64,000 nt of DNA from Flectonema sp. DT1601 (Eukaryota). Positions 48,061 to 60,600 of this stretch are shown here, in pieces. The stretch covers positions 62,001-126,000 of the forward strand of contig OZ025793.1 of NCBI GenBank assembly GCA_964019425.1, in the 5' to 3' direction. The notes beneath the pieces are model-generated. The model searched no databases. It saw nothing but the letters and a program-made list of their open reading frames with translations, and had not been told where the DNA came from. Position 1 is the first letter of the stretch, and the number at the start of each line of letters is the position of its first letter. The position numbers and the translations under genes are program-made.

Positions 48061-49185
48061 TCAGTCAACTACTGGGATGCCGTCAAGACTCGAATATAAA
48101 ATATCAACCGCTCGTTGAAGAAAACCATCCGCTGCCAGTAATGCGACTGTTGTATTTTTTTATTATTCATTCAAAATGTTACAACAATCGTCAAATAATA
48201 AAAAAAACAAATAAAAGAACAAACCTTCTGACTGCTCCGTCGAAAACCCCAACTCAGTTAGGTATTGAATCTTTGCTTCTGTAGTTCGTGGAGAAGTTGA
48301 TTTTGGTAGTGAAGTAGCTTCGTCAGTCGCAAGAGCTGCGAATGACGAGGAGTCAAATTGAAGAAGCACTTCAGGAGCTGATTGCTGAAGGAATTGTTCG
48401 ACCCATTCTATTCTACTTTTTAAGATAATTAAATCCGCGTGATCTGTTGATTCAAAGACATCTTTCTCAAGAAACCCTTCCGACAATAAGTTCTTCAAAG
48501 CCACAAACTGATGTGCTATCTCATGATCACTGACATGTTGAAAGACATCAGCTGCTTGTTTGTTACCTTCAGGATCTCGCATTACATATAATTCTGAAAC
48601 TATCTGTTCATTACCCCAAGAAGGTCTTGGTTCACCTTGAGCACGAATACCGAATACACCAGCGTTGTCGATTCTGAAAGCCTTGTCGTCGTCAGTTATT
48701 ATAATATTGTCACCTCCACGTCCTCCAATAACATCCCAGTTACTGAAGAGACAATCTAATAGGTAGTGTTGTCCAAGTGCTTTATGTGCTTTTGTAATCT
48801 GATTGCGATCCTTCGATTCTGTTATCTCTTTTAAAGTCTTTCCCTCTATAAAATCTTGAGTAGTAATAATCAGTCCTGTTGAAGGGTCGGAATGCATTTC
48901 TGTTTTAGGTACGGCAGCTCCAAGTGAACCATATAGTTTATTAGCTCGCATTTCATTTAGACATTGGTCTTTATTCTTACGTATTTTAACAATGTATATT
49001 TTTCCTGTCTCCGTCTCTCTAACTTTTTTACATTCACAACTCCCTCCCATTGTTTCTAAAATGTCATACTTCCCACTATTATTAATAATTTTATCAAGGG
49101 CAGACGTGGTATCTCCAACGGGTGATCCTCCTGAGGATGGGGTCGACGATCCATTTTTTTTTTTCTTCGAGAGTTTGTTCCCCAT
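48061..49185 (-). CDS. Atypical kinase-fold protein with a myristoylation-like N-terminus and C-terminal UBA; exons 49185-48225 and 48146-48061
   Basis: MGNKLSKK; GGS..YIVK..NEMRANKLY..G..VP..DCLFSNWDVIG..DNII..RIDNAG; spliced tail LTELGFSTEQSEVALLAADGFLQRAVDILY. Confidence 0.75.
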
Positions 49186-49210
49186 TATAATTGAGTTGTC
49201 TATTTGGAGT

Positions 49211-51394
49211 TTGAAATGTTTGAATATACCCATGAAGAAATATAAAGATCTGCATTGTACCAAAAGCTAACTAAAATTAACCTTAGCTACGATACATGTT
49301 GACTAAAGGTAATGTTAGTATAGAGTTATCGAGGGGGGACTTGGGTTAAAAAATTGAAAACGAATCATCATAACTGGATTCCGTCCACACAAAATCACCA
49401 GCCAGTCAAAAGAAAACTGCATCTCCCGTACACCCACAAATAAAATAATCTCAAGCAGCTACACTACAGTAACACAATTGAACTACAGCTTTCAAGAAAG
49501 TGGTCGCCAAAAATAGTAATTTTAGACCACCCCGAAAGATCCAAAGTAGCCAGTTCGGTACAATTGAATAGAAAATAATGACCCACAGATGATAACTTAC
49601 TAAGAAAGGACAAGTCAAGCACAGTAAGAGATTTACAGTAACACAAGAAAGAGTCATCTATGGAAGTAACGCCACAGAGGGATGATAAATCTAGTTCTGT
49701 AAGTGAAGTACAATTGCAAAGAAATGAATTTCCAATTTTCAAGACGCTACCCCACCCCGACAAACACAGTTTGGTAATCGACTGGCAATTTCCCAAAAAG
49801 AACTGTCCGATTGACGAGAGATTATTAAACTCCGGCAACACCAACTCAGCAACTGATGAACAGTGAAAAAGAAAGGAATCACCAAGTTCCCTCACACTAC
49901 TAAGACTAGTAATGTCTAACTTAGTTACTGATGTACAATAGCAAAGAAAGAATTTACCAATAGTTGTCACACTACGTAGACCAGACATGTTAAGATCAGT
50001 AACCGAAACACAATTATATAAAAAATTATCAGAAATGGATATCACGTTACTCAAACTAGACAGATCTAATGTTTTGAGTGATGTGCAGTTGAAAATGAAA
50101 CTATCTCCGATTGACGTAGAATTTCGAAGACCAAACAAATCAAGTTCAGTGAGGGATGCAGAAGTGTGAATGAAACCATCACCGATAGCGACTGCTGATT
50201 GGATTCCCTTTAAATCTATTGACGTGATGGATCTGTTCCTCGATAAGAAATTATTTGATACAGAGGTTACCAAGTTATTTTGATTACAAAAAGAAACACT
50301 GTACACGCTGCTAGGGATCTGTCTACCTGAAAATGATAAGCAACCATCAATTGCAAATGTTGGAGTGTCCAAACAAAGTATTTTATTTAAAGTGTTGCAA
50401 TGGTTTACCATCGTAGTCATCTTTTCGGTATTTTCGAACCATTCAATTCCAAACATTTGTATTACAGATGTCATCAACTGTGAGTCAGATACAATTCCGT
50501 GAGATACCAGTAGGCTGCTTGACGGGAGTCGTGTTCCTTCAAAAGACAATTCAAGAAGAGCAGAATCAACTCCCCACTCATCAGCTGCTGCTTCAGTAGC
50601 GTCCTTGACTGTTGAGTCATCATATGCTATGAACATTATATCAGGGAATCCTGAATCTGGGTATGACACAGACAGCTGCATTATTTAATGTCAACACCTG
50701 TTTCAAAAAAAAATAAGGGAATTTTTTTTTTTTTTTTTTTTAAAACCGACAAAATAAAAACAGACAAACGGCAAATATTTAACATGTGAATAGCAACATG
50801 AAATAATTTACGCACCGAGCCTCAGCGCAATCAGTTTTCTGTGTCGCATCTCCCATTTTCTCGAAAATAGTGAACGGCCACCCAATAAGGGCAGCGCCTA
50901 AGCAATTATAGTAACAAAAAGAAGGAGAAACACAGTAGTGAAACACTTAAAAAAAGAAAACAGAAAGCTACTAACACTAATCTTCCAGAGGCTTTGATTT
51001 TATACTACTTGTCTTTCCTGGGAGGGAGAAGTCTTCATTTTGTAGTCATGAGCGGCTATCATTTTACGGTCAGGAAAATTATATTTTCCTGACAGCAATG
51101 AAGACATCTTTCTCGTGATCATAGCGACGCAAGGGGAAAATTATAAAAAAATATATACTGAAAAAAAAAAAAAAAAAAAAGGGACTTGTTATCCGCGCAA
51201 TGCACTCGAAGGTGATGAGCATTGAAGGGTCTGCAAGCACAATGGCTCAAAAGAAAAATAAAATAAAATAAAAAGGGAACGGGTTGAAATGCGTTGAAAA
51301 TATTTATGAAGAAGTAAAATCTGAATTGTACCAGAGTTAACTAAAAATAAATGTTAGTCATGATACATGTTGACTAAAGGTAATGGTAGTATAG
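49211..51394. repeat. Imperfect direct repeats of about 112 bp (49211-49323 and 51284-51394) flanking the LRR gene
   Basis: Exact 24-nt core GATACATGTTGACTAAAGGTAATG at 49291 and 51362, with alignable flanks. Confidence 0.85.
49464..50681 (-). CDS. Ubiquitin-like N-terminus plus BspA-like leucine-rich repeat protein
   Basis: About 10 repeats of 24 aa, LxxLDLSxLxxVxSIGDxFLxxCxS; intronless. Confidence 0.88.
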   Translation of the reverse strand: MQLSVSYPDSGFPDIMFIAYDDSTVKDATEAAADEWGVDSALLELSFEGTRLPSSSLLVSHGIVSDSQLMTSVIQMFGIEWFENTEKMTTMVNHCNTLNKILCLDTPTFAIDGCLSFSGRQIPSSVYSVSFCNQNNLVTSVSNNFLSRNRSITSIDLKGIQSAVAIGDGFIHTSASLTELDLFGLRNSTSIGDSFIFNCTSLKTLDLSSLSNVISISDNFLYNCVSVTDLNMSGLRSVTTIGKFFLCYCTSVTKLDITSLSSVRELGDSFLFHCSSVAELVLPEFNNLSSIGQFFLGNCQSITKLCLSGWGSVLKIGNSFLCNCTSLTELDLSSLCGVTSIDDSFLCYCKSLTVLDLSFLSKLSSVGHYFLFNCTELATLDLSGWSKITIFGDHFLESCSSIVLL

Positions 51395-52221
51395 GAAAAC
51401 ACACCACAATTGACGTAAATACTTTACATTATAATAAATGTTTTTAACTTGGCTGCATACACATCTCTTTTTTTTCCGTGTTGTCATTCAGTGCAGTACG
51501 GAATCGAGTTATTCAATTACGAATTAATCGTGAGCCCTGGGAAACCAAAAACCAGGGATATAATGTAATACGGCAGAGTGTAGGTTTTTTCATCTATTAA
51601 TTACTTGTCAACATACAAATAAGATTCCTTTAAAAGGGGGGAGAAAATCTCATTTTTTTCGAACAACTAGTGATGTGACAGGAGAAGGGTGACGGGATAA
51701 GCAACACAACGAATACAAAGATATCCAATATAAGGAAAAGCAAGACTAAGAGGATAGGCAAACTGAAGGAAAAACGAACACACACCCCCCTCTAAAATAA
51801 AACCACTTGTTGAAGTACAGGTAGTTTACCCCACCTTACCAACTAAGACTAGGTGACGGAATACACAAAGTTAGGGCTAAAAGAAGGATAGTATCCACCA
51901 GAAGTTCACCGATTTTTTATTTTTCTTTTTTGCATGTAGTGGAGAAGAGGACGAGGACTTAAATGTAAATCCCCCCCTTCAGATAGTTAATGAGGTCAAT
52001 AATCTTTACTAATGAAGGGATGCTATAAATTAATAGCGAAGGAAGAAGAGACCAGGTCAGAACATATTGGTACCGTATATGGTAAAGGGAAACAGCAATA
52101 TTAAAAAAAAAAAAAAATTAAAAAAACAAATTAAAAAAAACTAGGCCTCCTAGGTGAGTAGGTGGCTTCGGTGCAGAAATTTCTCAGGATTTCAAATCAT
52201 TTCTTTTTTTTTTTTTTTCTT

Positions 52222-52253
<32 letters not shown>

Positions 52254-52305
52254 TTTGTTGTAAACACAAAGAAGTCAAGCAGCTTTTGAAAAAAAAAAAG
52301 TTTAA

Positions 52306-54050
52306 CCCTTACACCACCGTAAGAACCCCCAAAACAACGGGTCCAAAATTTTACTGTTTTTTCAAAAAGAGAAAAGGTACCCCCCCAGAAAACCTATGTA
52401 CCAAACCGGACACAACTACTCCTACGGGTCAATAGCACCTGTCACCCACACACCTAACGGTGCGTACCTTGGTGCGTTGTTGCACATTCAGCAGAACTAA
52501 CAAAGTCGGCAGTGTCGCAATAACGTACTCAACGGTTTCCATTCATAGCAGCTGCATGTTATTCCCTTCCCGTATTTTGAAAGGGATGATGTTTCTGCGC
52601 AACATCATGTCAGAGGGAGCCCAAGTAAAGAGAATGCCAAATCACGGCCGATATTAAATCGAAAAATCAGATTTTTTCCCTGTTTTTTGAGCTTGTAAAA
52701 GCCCTCTGTGGTCGCGGAAAATACACAAACAACCCGCATCATGGCACAGCAGGTTCAGACACACAGGAGGATTACCGCATCGGGGTTGATAAGCTCGAAA
52801 AATACAAATAACATCGATCCCAGATCATGGAACTTCATTAGTAACAGTGCAGCTACTTAGATCAGACCGTGTTGGGCTGGATCTATAAACTTCCACCTCT
52901 TTACCCCACCAGCCTGGCATACTGGATTTTTGGGAAGTTGGCGGTTTAGGAACATCACAAGGAATTTTGTAGTTTTGGAGAATGTGATACCTTTTGAAAT
53001 ATGGGTAAGCACAAAGCGCTTGGTTGCATCGCTCACAGTAATCTAGTGATTGTGCGCGCTTTGCGCGAACTGCACACTGACGAGCCTTTTCCATCTTTCC
53101 GGGGTAGTGTCCCAAAGCTGGCTTGAGGCGATCAGGGATTGATACTGATTGTGGAGAAGGCGGTACTGATGGTGTTATTAATAGTGTTGGTGCCGCTCTG
53201 GTACGTTTAAATGTACCTAAGCTGCCCAAAACAAAGCCAATTTGAAGGATAAGAATCTCTTGCTTCTCCAGCCAGATTCACTACTATCCGTCCAAATTCC
53301 ACCATGCCCACGTCGCATCAGGATAAAGGAATTCAAAATACACGTCTCCACTTCGGATCCTCATGCTCGGGAGCAGGTAATATCGCAGAGAAGTGTAAGT
53401 TCCTCAGTATTTCGGCAAAGCGATTACGTGAAAACACTTGCGGAAAGAACAACAGGGGGGGTCAACAGCATGTCATTCAAACCCCAGGAATCCCCTAGGT
53501 TAGATTTTATTGGGAGGCGCGTCAGTAGTGTTGTGCCAACAAAGGCCCTTCGCTCCTGCGTACTGGTTTTAAATTTCCTTCCCCTCTGTGAGGCATAGAC
53601 CTCAGAGTTTTTCTTCATCAGCTGGAAAACTGACTATCCGAAGAAAAACTCAAAAACCTGCAGCTCCGACTTGCGTGCAACTCTAATCTTTAACGTTTCT
53701 TGGAAACGCGTTTTTATTCTTGGTAACCCTTGTTACCTCCCCTCCCCATTTGGAGTCAGATACTTCGTCAAGTGACGAATCGGAGCACACCGACGATGGA
53801 TTAACAAATACTGTTGCATCCTCATCAGAACTGTGGACCGACATATTTCCCAAGTTGATTTTGGCCAGCTTTAGCAAATGGAAAATTTACCATTTAATAA
53901 AAACTATTGCGGCGCAACACGTAAGGAACATAAAAGACATCTCAATAATACCTCTCCCGTGAAATCGTTGTACTCAGAAATGCAAAATTTTCACTTAGCA
54001 AAAAAAAAATTTTTTTTCAGACTGATATATCAGCTCCGGTGGTGTAAGGG
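52306..54050 (-). mobile_element. Non-autonomous, internally deleted piggyBac element (1745 bp)
   Basis: TTAA at 52302-52305 and 54051-54054; 14-bp TIR CCCTTACACCACCG; frameshifted remnants YASQ..ERRAFVG, VFSRNRFAEILRNLHF and the Cys-rich tail RQCAV..YCERC..LC..FKRYH. Confidence 0.92.
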
Positions 54051-55099
54051 TTAATTAAAAAAAAGGGAATCTTTGACAACACATTCTTTTTGATACTGCC
54101 GTCTAGAATAGTATTTTCATTCCAATGGAACCCTTGCAGAGTTCTTTTAAAAGGGACAAAAAAACAAAAAAAAAAACTTCTTAATTAATAAAAAAGCCGC
54201 AATTGACAACAGTGAAGTGCTGGCACAGATTTAATCAAACATAATCACATTCCTTCTTCCTTTTTTTTTTTTTTTTTAATTTTTTTTTATTATGAATTGC
54301 TCCTATTGTCTCTTGGGGGTGCTCAACGAACACCCTAACATAGTAAACGAATAATTTAAAAAAAAAAAAAAAAAAAATTATATATTTTGCAAAAAAAAAA
54401 TTAATGAACTCTCACAGAGTGATTTAGTGATCATTCACTTTCTTAAAACCAACTTACCAAAACTTAACAACATAAACAAATCTTCCCCGTTCTAACCCCA
54501 CATTAAACTTCGTTGAGTGTTTCCTTCAAGAGATTTCTACTTTCTCTACACACTTTTAAAAAAAAAAAGAAAGAAAAAAAAAAAGACTTGCCAATTAATT
54601 TTTTACTAGTACGCAAAACCATAACACACAACGATTGTCATGTGTCGCGACTCTCATAAAAAACGTGGGTATCGGCATTTTAAAAACACAATTTTTTTTT
54701 TTTTTTTTTTGAAAATAAAAATTAAAAAAAAACAATCAGGATAGCAACAGTGGAACAGTCACTGGGGAGGTGAGATAAAAAGAAGAGCAAAATTTCACAG
54801 CAACATGAATATTAAAACTGAGCTGCGTAGGAACACTCGCACGAAAATTTAATTCATACCTGCGAAAATATTACATTGAGCTAATCAGAAAACAGATACC
54901 AGCAGGTATACAAATGTGACTGACAATGAAGATTTCTTTGAATATTGTTATCTCCTTCGTATTTTGCCTTTGAAGAGAGTCTCAAAGGAACAGCACTGAT
55001 AATGAAACGACCGATTGAATCGGTTCGTTCTTCTTTTCATACTAAGTCGTCAACGAAGTCTATCTCCGTAAGAGGAATCCAATGGTATCCTTTCACATA

Positions 55100-57052
55100 T
55101 TATGTAAGACTCGATGATGATGTCAGTCGAGATACGATTGCAGCCGCCGATGGTCTTTCCTCAGGATTAACAGAAAGCATACCGAGAATAACATCAATTA
55201 AAATATTATCTAATCCATAACTACTCATCTCTGCTCTCATTGTATCTCTTTCAAAGGCTGGGTCATTTAACTTCATAAGGAGACCAATTGATCCTTTCTT
55301 TGGAAATCTACCAACAAGAGCATACATCGTACAACCAAAAGAAAATAAATCAATAGCTTCTGTGTATGACTGGCCGTGACTGAAAAGTTCTGGAGCTGCG
55401 AATTGAAGTGTACCAACCTCAGAGTGCATGGAATCAGCGCTGCTGCGAGCAAGACCAAAGTCAGCAACTTTTAATGACCCATTAGCTGCAACAAGGATAT
55501 TACGAGGCTTTAAGTCTCGGTGAACAACTCCTTTAGCATGCAAGTGAGCCAGAGCTCTGGCAATCTGAAGAGTCCAGTCTCGGATATCTTGGTTGGTGAC
55601 GTGAGATTTTCGTGCTGCGTAAGTTTCTAAGTCACCGTTTGGACAATACTCCATAACCATGCAAACAAATCCACCAAAACCTGTTGAATTTCTAAGACCG
55701 TTATTCCCATTAAGGATTAAACCTCGAAGAGGATCTGGTGTTGAATGAGCAACAGTTGATACTCCATCACTCATAGCACTCCTTGAACTTGATAATGTTT
55801 GTTCTTCAGTTGTGTCAGTAAGACCAGCAGTCTCTGTTAGATAAGTACTTGATTGATCACCGAGAATCCAACCACTACTTTCATTGTCTAATGTTGACGT
55901 TTCTCCATTAACACCTTCTGCGTATAAGTTTAAGTATTCGACAACATTCGGGTGTTGCACATACATTAATGAACGTACTTCATTCATTGCTTTGTTGACA
56001 GCGTGGAAATCAACGCAAGGAATTCTCTTTATCGCAACTGTTCGGTTGTCATGTTTACTTGTCGCAATGAAGACGGTTCCAAAAGAACCAGAACCCAACA
56101 TGTGTTGTAATTCATATTGCTCTGCCCCAGCAATAGTTTTCGCAAATGGAGTATTGTCTCCATGATGACCACCGTGAGAGTGGATTTGAACGTGGCCGTG
56201 ATTATGTCTCTGCTTATCAGACATTATAGCATCAAAGAGTCTCAAGCAAGCTTCCACACCAATAGCTGCAAAGTGCAATACGAGAATAATTTCAACTACA
56301 CAAGAATGAAGAGCTAAGAAAGAAGAAACCAAATCAATCAACAACAATAAGACAACTGTACTCAACCATTTCCCATTCCAAACAAGTCGGAGTAAAATAG
56401 CAAAGTATGTTCCAAAAGTTCGTTGTAGAACGCAGTCATGTGCTTTTCCAGTATCGTATTCGTGTTTCATTATCAATCCTAAGTCTCTCCATTCACGGAA
56501 TTCTTTTAGTTGACGACTTAAATCAACAACAACTAAAATAGGCATCAACAGCATGTGTTTGTACATAAAGTGTGATGCTGCCCATGCTGTAATGGCATTC
56601 GGAAACATCATAAATATAATCCAGAAACCAGAACCGATCCATTCTGTGTCGTAAGATAGAGATTGAGAAGTCTCCATTAGTAATAACCAAGTCACTGTGA
56701 TCCTCGGGGATACTGGCATTCCTAAAACTAAGAATAGAGTAGCTCTCGGATGTTGTTCCATCCAACACCAGACGTTATTAGATGCCAACGGATCACTCTC
56801 TCCAGGGAAATAGTCGTCGACTATATCTCCAACCATACCACATGTGTGTCTACTCATGATTCGGTCAGCGACTACCATACACAACATAAGTAGCATTAAT
56901 TTCCACATTCCAGATGGTAATTTAGCACAACAAGAACCTTCTGAATTCTTTACCATGTCACAACATGGTAGGAAACCTTTTATAAGGTTCGTGGTTACTA
57001 ACTCCTGCCATTTTTTATAATTAATGAGGTCAGAGAGTGGGCAGCCATCCAT
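55100..57052 (-). CDS. Multi-pass membrane Ser/Thr protein kinase (NEK-like catalytic domain)
   Basis: Several hydrophobic segments, then LGSGSFG, VAIK, HRDLKPRN, DFG, APE. Confidence 0.9.
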   Translation of the reverse strand: MDGCPLSDLINYKKWQELVTTNLIKGFLPCCDMVKNSEGSCCAKLPSGMWKLMLLMLCMVVADRIMSRHTCGMVGDIVDDYFPGESDPLASNNVWCWMEQHPRATLFLVLGMPVSPRITVTWLLLMETSQSLSYDTEWIGSGFWIIFMMFPNAITAWAASHFMYKHMLLMPILVVVDLSRQLKEFREWRDLGLIMKHEYDTGKAHDCVLQRTFGTYFAILLRLVWNGKWLSTVVLLLLIDLVSSFLALHSCVVEIILVLHFAAIGVEACLRLFDAIMSDKQRHNHGHVQIHSHGGHHGDNTPFAKTIAGAEQYELQHMLGSGSFGTVFIATSKHDNRTVAIKRIPCVDFHAVNKAMNEVRSLMYVQHPNVVEYLNLYAEGVNGETSTLDNESSGWILGDQSSTYLTETAGLTDTTEEQTLSSSRSAMSDGVSTVAHSTPDPLRGLILNGNNGLRNSTGFGGFVCMVMEYCPNGDLETYAARKSHVTNQDIRDWTLQIARALAHLHAKGVVHRDLKPRNILVAANGSLKVADFGLARSSADSMHSEVGTLQFAAPELFSHGQSYTEAIDLFSFGCTMYALVGRFPKKGSIGLLMKLNDPAFERDTMRAEMSSYGLDNILIDVILGMLSVNPEERPSAAAIVSRLTSSSSLT

Positions 57053-57622
57053 TTAATGTAATGCGGCCCTGTGTGGAGATTTTGAATGTGTAATATAGAT
57101 ATATTTAGGTTTGGTTTTTTTTTTTTTCCCTTCTTACTTTCTCTCAATAAATATTCTACAAGAGGCGGTACAAGTCTAACATATCCAGTAGGAGGAGGTG
57201 ATGGGTCAACTGGGTTGGATTACAACTAGAAAAGAAAAGAAAAAGCAAAGAAAGAAACAAAAACAAAAAAAAGAACACTAAAAAAAACCTGTTCATATAA
57301 ACCAGTAACGTTTCAGGAAACAGAAAAGAAGTATATTTTTTACCGTTTTTTTTTTTTTAACCAACTAAAATGAGCAGACCTCACTAGGGACTGCTTTTAT
57401 TAGTGTTGTTGCATACATGAACAACAATAACAACAAAAAAAAAAAAAAAAAAAAAAAAACGATTTCTATCACTTGGAGTAGGGGCAGATAAGATGACACA
57501 TTTATACAAACAGAAAAGGTACTTAAAAAAAATGAATGTTCTCCAAGCCTACTAACAAAAGTAGCCTCTGATTCAGCAACAACACATCCACGAAGTCGAA
57601 TAAAAAGTTTGCTTAATAATAT

Positions 57623-60600
57623 TTAATAAAGCATTCGTGAGGGTGAACGAGAAACAGCTGCAGGAGGGGAAGCAGTAACAGTTCGAGGAGACATGAGAGG
57701 TTGTACAGATCGAATGTGAGTAGGATTAATATGAGTAGTTGCAACTGCTGTGTGAGGTATCGAATTTCTAGAAACTGGTGCGACAAACGAAGGACTTGGT
57801 AATGGAAGTGGAGGCATTGCCGCAAGATCTGTTTTCATCTGAGCAAGCTGCAGTTCCGCTCTTGCGATCGCTGGAGGAGGTAAACTTCCTGGGGGAGGAG
57901 CGACTGCTGGAGCTGGTCTCCCAGCCTTCTTCAATTCTTCTTCTCGAAGTCTTCGAAGTTTTCCATTTTCCTTCTCAATTGTCGCAAGCTGATCTCTCAG
58001 CATTTTGTTCTTTCTGTCTGAAGTCGGAGATGAGACGTCAAGTGTTCTGGATCTTCTTGTACTCCCAATCTGTCTCTGAAGAGAATTTATTTCTTCTTTT
58101 GAAATAGCTAACTGTCTCTGAAGGGAGGCGATTTCCTCTTCTTTTGTAAGTTGTTTGGACTGTTCTTCTCGTAGTAGTTTTTCAATATTGTCGAGGGTTA
58201 AAGTCTTCTCTCGGATTTCATGTTGAAAGGATCCGACCCATGTTTCTTGAGTTCGCTTTTCAACTTCCAGTCGCTCTAACTCAGTACTGAAGGCACCAAA
58301 TTCCCTTTCCCGTCTTTCGCCTTCGGCTCGCAAATGCATCGCCATGGCTTCATTCTGTTGCGCAATATTCCTCTCACTTTCGACATGCCGCTCAAGTTCG
58401 CTTACTCTCAACTTTTGTTGCTCCCCAATTACTTCGGCTTTACGAAGTTTAGCCTCGAGCTCGCTTATAGTGAGTTGAAGTTTCCTGTTTTTTTAAATAT
58501 TTCTTTTTCTCACTAAACGATACTGTGTTGTCTCAACCAAAGGAAGACATACCGACTGTTTCTTTCAGAAGAGATGTGCGCATCCTGAGAAGCATGAAAA
58601 GCTGCAAGCTGTTGACGCATGTCATTTACCTGATTGGTGTGTTAGTTGTTATTTGTTAGGATTGAAACCCTCGACACAGATAGAAACTCACTAATGGGAT
58701 TACTTATTTAAAAAGAATAATTGATGTACCTGAACTTCACGTTGTTTGAGCTCAGCAGTGAGCCTCATCACTCCTTTGTCAGTTTTTGTCTCGGTCTGAC
58801 TTTGCTTTCGTCGAAGAAGTTCTGCTTCGTTGATAGCAACAGTACGTTGACGGGTTACTTCTTCAACAGTTTCCTTCATTGCGGCGTGTTCTGCGCGAAG
58901 TCTGCGAAGAACGTCCGCAGACTCGTAACGGTCACTTTCACTGTTTTGTGCAACACTTGCTAGTCGGCGAACTTCATCGCCATTTGTTTCTCGTTGTCTT
59001 TCCAGTTCTCTAACTTCTGAGAACAGAAGTCTGTTCTTTTCTTCCAACAAGGAGATCGATCTCTCATCTGAGCGATCCTTCTCTCTGAACTTGTCCTGAA
59101 TATCTATTAACTGCTGCTCAAGTTGCATAGCTTCTGATGTTTTCGCATAAAGCTGACTGTCCCTTTGTGAAAGTCTATCTCTTAAAGTTTGAACATCATC
59201 AATATGTTGAAGAGGTGAGCTATCATGAGTACCACTCATTAATAAATTACCTCCTCTTAGAGTTGTCCATCTCATACAGGTATGAGCTAGCCAATGAAGT
59301 CCTTCAACGAAGTCAGACCAAACACGTGCACGATCTGCTTTTTCACGTTCTTCTACTCTGTCACGTTCAACACCTCCCAGTGATTCAAGTAGTAGATAGA
59401 GTCGACGTGAAATAGCTTTCTCACTCTCGTAGTCGAGAGAGACGTCAGTGAGCTGTGCCCGCAGTGCATCAATCTCACTCCGAGTTACTCTGATTTCCAA
59501 CTCAGCTTCTGAATTTGATCTTTTTAAAGCAGACAACTTCTCAGTCAGAGACTGTTGCAATACCGTTAGACGATCGACATCTTTATCAGCAGCATCTCTG
59601 GCAAGTGCTTCATTCTGAAGTTTGACTTCGAGTTCCATTACTGTGGCCCGAAGACCGGCTACTTGAGTTTTCATGTCCTCCGAAGTTGCTGTTAGCGCTC
59701 GAGATTTCATTAAACTATCTTCACGAGATTGTTCTGCTCGGACAGTACGAGTTTCGAGTTCAAGAATACGAGTCTGTAATATGTGTCTATCACTACCTGA
59801 ATGATCATCTTGTAGTAGTTGTTGTAGTTCTTTGATCCTCGTACTGCAACCAATTTCAAGTTGAGCATGTCTGTCTCTCCAGGCTTCTAATTCCTGTTCG
59901 TGTCTAAGTCCGTTGTGATGTATTTCTTGTTGAAGTATTTCCACCTCTCGCTTGGCTGTTTCAGCTGCCGCCCTCGAAGCCCAACCTCCGTCAGCTTCAC
60001 CAGTCTCTCCTCCATTGTAGTGAATAAGTCTGATTTCTAATTGAGAGACTAAGTTCTCTAGTTCATGAATGCGACAGTCTTTTAAGAGCAGATCACTTTT
60101 CGACGGCAATTTTTCAGACGGTTTAAAAGCAGGTTGGAGCTCCTGCTCATCGAGAGATTTGATGAGTGCCTGTTGTTGAAGACTAGCGAGGATAGCATCT
60201 GTTTCAGTTATTGTGTTTGGTAAAGGAGGAGCAGGACTTGAAGGTCTGGGAGGTGATTGCAGACCACCTCCTCTTGCAGTAAGAATTCTTTCTGTAGAAG
60301 TTGGAGGACTATATCTAGGTGGAGACACTGACAGTGCTTGCCCAACTACTCCAATTGCAGAAGCAGACCTGGTGACCTGTCGAGGTGTTGACATAACAAA
60401 AGGTTCACTCAAATCAAAAGAAACACTATTACTAACAACAGGAAGACTATTACTAACAACAGGAACTGGACCTGCTTTCTGAGCAGATTGTAATAAAGAC
60501 ATCATCTGGTCCATTTGAACTTGTTGTTGACTAGTTAAAGGTCCATTACGAGTAGCAGCAGCAAGGATTACTAATCTAGCAATTGGAAGTGATTGGAGAA

